Shown: positions 56,299-64,000 of the stretch, one piece after another
Layout of the letters: each line of letters starts with the position of its first letter
Numbering within the stretch: the first letter of the stretch is position 1
Source of the DNA: Balanoglossus misakiensis
Lineage: Eukaryota; Animalia; Hemichordata
Direction of reading: 5' to 3'
Assembly (NCBI GenBank): GCA_040954595.2
Contig: CM082593.2
Location: 1,064,901 to 1,128,900 of the forward strand
DNA length: 64,000 bases
Program-made: the position numbers and the translations under genes
The notes under the pieces: model-generated
What the model was told of the DNA's origin: nothing
Seen by the model: the letters and a program-made list of their open reading frames with translations, nothing else
Databases searched by the model: none

Positions 56299-58127
56299 TC
56301 AGTGTCTGTCTTGTTTCATCAACTCGACAGCAGACTGACGATATTCTTGTTTGGTGAAATTCTTTCCGAGTTCTATAAATCGTCGTAGAGTCCTGGCTTC
56401 GTACTTTCCCTGATCGTAGAGCTGCATGTACAAATCAATGTGTGTGTTGGGATTCTCTGGATTGAAGTAAGTCGGACGGGGACAGTTATAGTGTTCTGGC
56501 TTTGCAATGTACGTCGTTGGTTCTCGGTTTTCCCTGATCGCTTTTTCGTTGCCGTTTACTCGATTGCATACACCACACTCAAAAGCGTCAATGAAGTTCA
56601 TTTTGGTATAATCGTTCACTGCCCAGTTCCGTGAATGCATTTCGGCCAAAAGCCGTTCATTACTGACCCCTGTTCTCTTAAACTCCAGATACTTCTCATA
56701 CTCATCATCGTTTTCATCCAAGTACTTTAAGAACTTTGCAAGTTCTTCGGGACTGTCGAAGTCATCAGCTACAACTGCAGCGTGTTCAGTCGGTAACCAA
56801 TCTTTTATTGATGGCGAACCTCTGTAGATGGGCACTGATCCAATTTTGAGCGCTCTCCAGAACTTCTCAGTGATGTAGTCATTACATATGGCATTCTCAA
56901 AGGAAATATGGAACTTGTACTTCGCCAGAATCTTATGAAACGTTCTGCTGTCCATGGTTAGTGGGTCTACCAGCTCATCCGGCAGATCCTTATTGTGAAG
57001 ACAAGAACCATAAGAGTCCACTTTGACATGTTTCATTAGTTCTGCCACGTAGCTATCTCGATCTGACGGTGGATCGCAGTCAGACTGCACATAAGCGACA
57101 AGAGCCAAGTCGCCTTTACTCTTCTCATTTGTAGGCACAAGGAAGTCAGTACTTGTCAGGTCTGACAGTTTTTCCAGATACTGAGTGGTGATTGGAAATG
57201 AAGATTCCCTCTTGAACGTTGATGTGTGGTTGAACAGAGTGAGACACTCGGGCTGGGTAAGTTTGTAGTTATTCTTCGGCGATTCTTCGTGTAACAGTGC
57301 CCACTCGTGATGCGGTTTCCTCGGCAACGGCAGATCATGTGAGCTGACATCGGTGCCATAGAACACAAAGACCTTCGTCCGCGGGTGATTCTGAAAGTGT
57401 CTGTCGATCGTAAAGAAGCATTTGTCCCCGCCACAAGACTTCACCTGGCCTCTCTCTCCAGTGAAGCCAGTCCACCAGAGAATGATTGGAACTTTGATAT
57501 CAAGTTTTGTGGCATCAATTTGAAGTTTTTCGTGCCTGTCGATATTATCTGAAAAAGAGTACAGCAGTTATGGGATGTACGAGAAAACAGCACGTTATAA
57601 TTATTGATTGACAAAATACTCTCTTGGTGTTATTTTGGTAAATCGCAAGTTATCTTAGAATGCTTTCAGCTGTTTACCTCCTCTGACCATTTGTCCTCCA
57701 TAATCCACCGTCTCTTCAATCCAAAACTCATCGTTTTCAATCCCATTGAATGGACCTCCAAACACAATATCATCCACGGTCAAGTTGCCAAGAATCTGCA
57801 GTACATAACAGAGATCGAAAAAAAATCTTTTAAACTTCCAGGTTATTTTGTCCCTTACTATATTCATAAAGCAGAATAAAACTGTGACTAAAGTTATTCC
57901 CTGGTTGAAAATTCCAGGACTTTCATGAGCACAGACCGGACTAAAACCCGGAAATATATTGGGAAATGAATATTGACACGTAATGACACACCATTTCCAA
58001 ACCACGGTTCTTTTCGTTTGTAAAGAGAAAAAAACTCACGGTTTGACTTTACCTGGAGTATAAAGAAAAGCACAACACACGCTGCGCAAGCTAGGAACAC
58101 CCGCCTCCTCCGATTAATCGCAGCCAT
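56299..58127 (-). CDS. FUT11: GT10 fucosyltransferase FUT10/FUT11-like
   Basis: Exons 58127-58053, 57795-57678, 57548-56299. Type II anchor, PIILWW, FYGTD, WALLHEESPKNN, YVQSDCDPPSDRD, YKFHISFENAICNDYITEKFW. FUT10 versus FUT11 is uncertain. Confidence 0.92.
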
Positions 58128-58362
58128 AAATGTATTCGCGATCGTCAATGCTGTGGTCCGTCCGCAATCAATGCGGAAATGACCATTTGCAAACAAGAGA
58201 AGAGGGGTGGGATAGCTTTCTGTCCGTGTGGTGGCGCTGTGTCATGTTACCTACGGCTATGGACGCCATATTGTGTTTTTACAGCAAGTTGCGCAGTCTT
58301 ATAAAATGTGTATTGTTTATCCTCGCGTCACATTTCAACAATCCGCCATTGCTTGAGACAAA
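58128..58362. promoter_or_regulatory. Bidirectional promoter FUT10/11 - SRSF
   Basis: Divergent ATGs only 235 bp apart; CpG-enriched; CGCCAT YY1-like motifs at ~58264 and ~58344. Confidence 0.7.
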
Positions 58363-61300
58363 ATGGCTGAGCTGGACAGAACGTACGGAGGATATCGGAT
58401 TTTTGTTGGTGATTTGGGGCCACGGGTCGGTAAATACGAACTGGAAAAGGAATTCGAGTATTATGGTCCATTAATTAATGTTTGGGTTGCGAGGTATGTT
58501 GAGAATTTAAGCAGTTTCCGGGTACTTTCGATATGCGGAAATCGATCACCCTCGGGTCGGTTTCTGCAGTTGCACTGTGGTAGCTGCAGTACCTGGTCTT
58601 TAACTCTAGGTTTTGCCTTTAGCTGTGGTCCTCCATGGTGGAACTTGGCTAGATATCATTGTATTTTGTTGCAATGTTTTACCGGGTATTATGTTGTTGT
58701 TTTTTAGGGAGGGTAGTGGGTGCAGTCAGTAATCTTGCTGCAATGAACATAGCTGGCGCTGCTGGGTTGACATGAACCTAGCAGCACTTGCTGCAATCAC
58801 TGCAGCAATCAGAAACCACTTGTCACAGAGCTCTCAAATGCAGCCCTACATAACAAGTATGAGTTACTGTGCTTGTAGCTGTCAGCTGTCCAACTTCACT
58901 GTCTTTACTAGACGTTTTGCAAATGCATTCCCACACACAGGAACCCACCCGGTTTTGCGTTCTTAGTTTACAAGTACAAGGATGATGCTGAGAGAGCAAC
59001 ACGGGCATTGGATGGAAGGTGAGATCTTGGTACCTGTAATTGTTTTATGCAATATTGCAGTAAACTGTTTGATTTCTTTTTGTTCAACTTTGAAGATCAG
59101 AAATTGGTAATGTATGACTGATTTTAAAATCATTACAGGACCGTGTGTGGGAGACGAGTGAGGGTCGAACACGCCCGCCCACAGCCGAGTCGCACAAGGA
59201 GACCGCCTCCGCCTCGAAGATGGGACCCAAGTCTTAAGTGTTACACCTGCGGTGAACGTGGTCATTTTGCCCGCGATTGCGACAGAGACCGCTTCCGTGG
59301 TAGTGGTGGCGGCGGTGGGCGTAGCAGTCGATACAGCAGGTAGGTGTCTATTCAACAGCTCACACATGTGTCTACTGTCTTCAGTGCATGACCAAGAATG
59401 CAATTATTGCTTCACAACCAACTTTACATCGAGGGAGATTTTAACTGATTGATCTGAAATCAAGATGTCAAGAGGTCGATCGTTGTGACTGGAAGCTGTA
59501 TCTTTAGACTGCCATCAATTGCAATGCTTGAAATACTTTCTATTGACAATGCTGAATTCAGAGAAATGTTTTTGATTGCTGCAGTAACAGCAGTAATGTT
59601 TAAAAAATATATACAGCAGATTCTTTGGGAAAGCTTACGTTTACCTGGAGAGGCAAAATTCCTCGATTGGCCTTAAAAAATTCTCAGACTGTGTGGTCTG
59701 CCTTTGTTACCTCATTGTCAACTGTGATGACTCTTTCACAAACTTGAACTTGGAAATCAGCTGTATTATTTTTTATACATTAATGCTTGTAGTTTACGAA
59801 AGCTAAGCCCTGTACTTGTATGTATGTCTATCATGGACAACCCTTTTTTTCTTGTCATCGTTCCATGTTATTAATTTTTTTTTTCATTTTTTGTGCAATG
59901 ACTTGCTTGTTTATTCAGGAGGTTATGGATAAGTCATTGAAAACCAAACGTGTGTATACTCACCAAAAACATACTCGCCTCCTCACATTCGTGTATGTGT
60001 ACGCAAGAGATATACTAGTATGGCCGAATATTGCCGAGCGAATCACTGAGCACCATTTGAACCATGTGACCCGAGAACCAAGCATGCCTTGCAAAACCAA
60101 TGGGCGGTGTGAACCATGATTCGAACCAACCAATCACAAGCAGGAGTGTTGTCCATACTCAGTTAAAAGTTTCAAGAGGGGCCAACCCACTTAGAGCCAT
60201 TAAACCAATATTACCAGCTTGTCAAAGTGTACATCTACCAAAATTAAGACCCAGGCCATACCTCTGCGACTACTTCACTCCAGTGCTCTACTCGATATAT
60301 GTAACTGGGTTACTGTACACTACTGTTATCTTAGACCACACTATGTAATAAAACTTGCGTACCAGAAGTAGGTAAATAACACATCACACTTCCTTATATC
60401 TCATTCTTTCCAAAGGTACAGGTAACATTTTCACTACCTTCAGATACTTTCAACTGGTAGATGATGAAAGTTTATTTTGTTCGTCTCGACTTTTTAAAGT
60501 GTGTTTTGGCAGGAATGTAATTATGTTTGAAAACAGGAATTCTGAAAAAAACACCGTGTTTCTCCACACAAACATACAACCTAATAGAGTTTATGACTTT
60601 GAAAGTATCTGGATGTAGATATTGGTATACAGTTTGTAGTATCATTGTGGGTGACCTTTTCATGTTTACTCCATTCTAGTAATGTCTTCAAGTGTATTTT
60701 ACAAACATCAGCTTTTGGTTTATTTGGAATTTAGTGTACCTGTAAGAAAGGTTGCTTGATGATGACGGTGTATGTGTAATTTTTGGCGTTTGTGCATTTT
60801 CGTGATCTGGAAAATATTTACCAAAATGCTTGTCAATATTGCTGTGATTTCCTTCAAGTGTGACCAATTTTTTCATGAACTTTCAAAGAGTTCAATCATT
60901 CCTTATGATCTTGTGAAACTGAAGGGGCACTCAAAGCTTTGAAGCCACAATCCTCTTTGTGCTCAGTAGGTTTAAAATTTTACATGTGAAATGAAAGGCA
61001 ACCTTTTACCAGGTTTTATGGTCAGGATTATTGAATGCTTAAGAACCTGAATTGTGTTAAGATGAAGATAGACAATGGATGTTTTGTGTGATGGAGCATA
61101 CAAGTCGCTGTCTGCTTTCATTTCATCTCTCTGATTGGAATTTCTCCTACTCTTCCTTCTCCAGATCCCGTTCTCGTTCACCAATAAGGCGTCGTTCCTA
61201 CAGCAGGTTAGTTCCACTCAGATGCATTTTTGCAATTCTCAATATCACGTTCATCTGACAGATTACGGTGGCAAGATGCAACATCAAACACTGGCATTAT

Positions 61301-61422
61301 CACCCTCACACCCTTTTGTCTTTGAAATTCACAGGAGTCGATCCAGATCTCGTTCCAGATCTAGGACACCTCGTGATCTGAGCAGAAGTAGAAGTCTGTC
61401 TTTGTCCCCAGGAAGAAGATAA
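58363..61422 (+). CDS. SRSF7: SR splicing factor SRSF3/SRSF7-like (RRM, CCHC zinc knuckle, RS domain)
   Basis: Exons 58363-58493, 58941-59018, 59139-59339, 61165-61206, 61335-61422. VWVARNPPGFAF, LDGRTVCGRRVRVEH, CYTCGERGHFARDC, RS repeats. The RRM is divergent, so orthology is approximate. Confidence 0.88.
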
Positions 61423-62472
61423 TTAAGGTGGGGAGCGAGCTACTGCTTGTGTTGCAGTACATCAATGATTTAAAAAAATAAGAGCCTTCTCATTCAACTG
61501 TTTGAGTCAGAAGGTCTAAAATGTAGGCTTAAATGCGGAGTTAATTGAACTTGATGTTTAAAGATTTAGCATGTGACTGGAATATTATTGAGCCAGGTTT
61601 CATATAATTCAAATGATTATATATTTTTCTGCCTTGTTTTACCAGGTTGATTTCCAATGGTAAATGGTCTCACTGGAGCAATTTAGTTTTTTTGCCAATT
61701 CAGAAAATTTTACCACAGATTTTTCTCTTGTTCGTATTATCTACTGTAACTTTAAGTAAATGGTATCAAAATTTTATTTCTCTACTCCTTCACAGCTAAT
61801 GTCCAATTTCGATCACATGCTGCATACAATCAACTTCTTGAATGTTTTTGTAAAATAAAATCTTTCTTTCATGAGGTGTTGTATTCAAGATTTTGCAGAA
61901 CTAGCATTTATTTAAAGAAAGACTGTTTTTGGAGAAAGAATCAGTTTACATGTATTTGCAGATTTGAAGTAAGATATAATTTCCACCTGCCGTCTATTTT
62001 TATGGTCCTTTACTGACATGTTGAAATTATCAATAATTGATGCCAAGTGTTTAGGCAGACTATGTTTTATTTTACACAGTTTTTATTCTGTTTGTGTCTG
62101 TTTTATGCTTTCCAGAATAAAAGAGAAAGACTGTCAAAAGGGAAGCCTTTTCAACTTAATGAAACTGACTTGGCAAGGGTCTATTGTATTATGATTTTCT
62201 TGAGCCCTCCCCCACCCACACATGCGCACATTTTTTGGTACAATCCCATTGTTTTCATTGGTGTGGGTATGACCATTCACCGGAAGGTGGGGATGACAGG
62301 ATTGAACTCATCACAATAAGTTCTTTTAAAATCAAGTTTAAACTTTTAGTTGTTTGTTTGTTTAGCATTGAAATTCACATGTGGAATGTATACGTTGTCT
62401 TTCAATGATGAAAAGTACAATTAAAATGTTTACGAAATTTTAAAACTGTACTTGTGGCATCTTTTTCTTGCT

Positions 62473-62562
62473 TTAACCCTTTACCTTTCCCTCTTATGAT
62501 TCCCAGCTTCACCAAAGAATTGTTTTGATTCAGACGGCCAACCATGGTGGTGAAATAGTAAA
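62473..62562 (-). mobile_element. Degenerate MITE copy, inverted
   Basis: TTAACCCTTT...CTTCACCA...AACCATGGTGGTGAAA. Confidence 0.55.
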
Positions 62563-62818
62563 ACGTGTTGCCTCACGAGAAAATGACTGATGATATATTA
62601 AACATACAGGCCAACAACTGCAATGAAACAACACCGAAATGATGGGATGATGGTGTTCCCTTGCTGCCATTAGTTATAAATTACCCAGTTCTTGCACAAT
62701 GCTGTTTTAAAACCACAACAAAGTAGAATTTAGATGACTATTCGTTAAGAATTTTCGTGACATTGAGGGGTCGTTCTGAGACAAGCAGCGCCCCCACCGA
62801 CGGGTTTTACAAAAAAAG

Positions 62819-63971
62819 ATGGCGGACGCTTCTTCAGCTGCCCAACGGCGAGAGGCCAGAAGACGTCGGATTCTTATGAATTCAGAAGAGCGAATGAAGA
62901 AAGTGATGGGTCTGGCTGAGAATAAACAAGGTTGGTTTTATTATATCGACCTTCTTTTAACGGGACACGAGGCGGTTAAAGTTTCTTTTATACGCAAACT
63001 CACAGTGTACGCGACTCGTACATGTACGTACTGTACACATACACCATTTGAGTTTTTGTCCCATTTAAAAGTGCAGGCTCTGCAGCTCTGGGCTGAGTGA
63101 GGGCTCTTATCCTGATGGGCAGTTGTATCGACTTTTGACCTTTTATAACTGAAGCTGCCAATTCACTTGAGGAAATTATAAGATCGTGGCAAGGATAGAC
63201 TATCACCAGATTATTGTTTCTGGCTTGGTTCCCTTTACTTCCGGGTTTACAACAATGTCACTATGTCCGCCAAAGATACTATATTTTTAATGTAAAGAAG
63301 TCAAAGTGAACTGTAAGCATAGACAGAAGAAAACGAAGACGCAACATCATTTGAATGTCATGCTGCAGCTTGTAGGAGTAGTTCAAGCGATGCGCTGTAC
63401 TGACGATGGAATAAACAAATTCTATTGTTCAATATTTTATAAAGATGATGAAAGTGACAATCGAGAAGAACATACAAGAAGTGAAAACCGCTCAGCTTCT
63501 GGTGATAACAGACTCTTGGAAGAAAAACTTTGGGACTTGTCTGCCAGTACAGTCAATCCTGTGGGTGAAACAAATATTCCTGAGTTAGACAAAACTGTGG
63601 ATTCTGCAGAAACTGTAACTCTGGAAGAGAAGGGAGCTTCTGAACTGATATCAGGCAAGGAAAATGTAGAAACTGAAACAGAGATGGGATGTGAGCCTAA
63701 AAATGAGGAGGAGGAACACAGAGCTGAATCAAATGAGGAAGAAGGGATTACAGGAACTGAGAAAGACAGAGAGATGCCAGAGACAGAACCCACCAATATC
63801 AGGACAAATCGGCCAGTCACTTCAACAACCAGTACGTCGCCAAGTACCGGACAAAGTCACAACCCAACAGCCAGTATTGCAGACAGATATCGGATTTTAT
63901 TCGCGGTATTCTTCGCTATTATCGTCAGGGCATTGATTACGGTTCCAGTGTATGTAGGGATTTTTGGAAAG
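62819..63971 (+). CDS. CAMLG: CAML/GET2 tail-anchored protein insertase receptor, 5' part (runs out of the window)
   Basis: Exons 62819-62930 and 63445-63971. The N-terminal SAAQRREARRRRILMNSEERMKKVMG resembles the CAML/Get2 TRC40-binding helix; then an acidic linker and first TM RILFAVFFAIIVRALI. Confidence 0.85.
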
Positions 63972-64000
63972 GTGGGTATTGCAGCTATAGCATTTCACTT

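Noticed and set aside
63437-63820. 127-aa Ser-rich minus-strand ORF
   Set aside because: Antisense of the acidic CAMLG exon.

Overview
Gene-dense, intron-rich, AT-rich animal genomic DNA, not prokaryotic. The gene content and repeats suggest an invertebrate deuterostome; a hemichordate-like genome is my guess, not verified. Thirteen spliced genes were rebuilt by hand from GT-AG junctions: NF-kB p105/p100-type (+), an atypical MFS transporter (-), hnRNP F/H (+), RBM22 (-), MOB1 (+), two tandem two-pore K+ channels (-), a caspase-3/7 (-), a type II membrane serine protease (+), FUT10/11 (-), an SRSF3/7-like SR protein (+) and the 5' part of CAMLG (+). Repeats include a 1.27-kb Helentron-type non-autonomous element and a family of ~95-bp TTAA/CCCT MITEs. 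The best leads are: a RHIM-like Q-[I/M]-G-x array and a caspase-8-type site in the NF-kB linker; apparent splicing/NMD autoregulation in hnRNP F/H (139-nt cassette exon) and in the SR gene (AACCA-rich poison exon); LC8-type TQT motifs kept in both K2P loops; an exact 29-nt copy of an MFS coding exon 3.6 kb away; and linkage matching the vertebrate 4/5/8/10 paralogon. I found no unambiguous new multi-gene system. All coordinates are hand-counted and functional claims are hypotheses.
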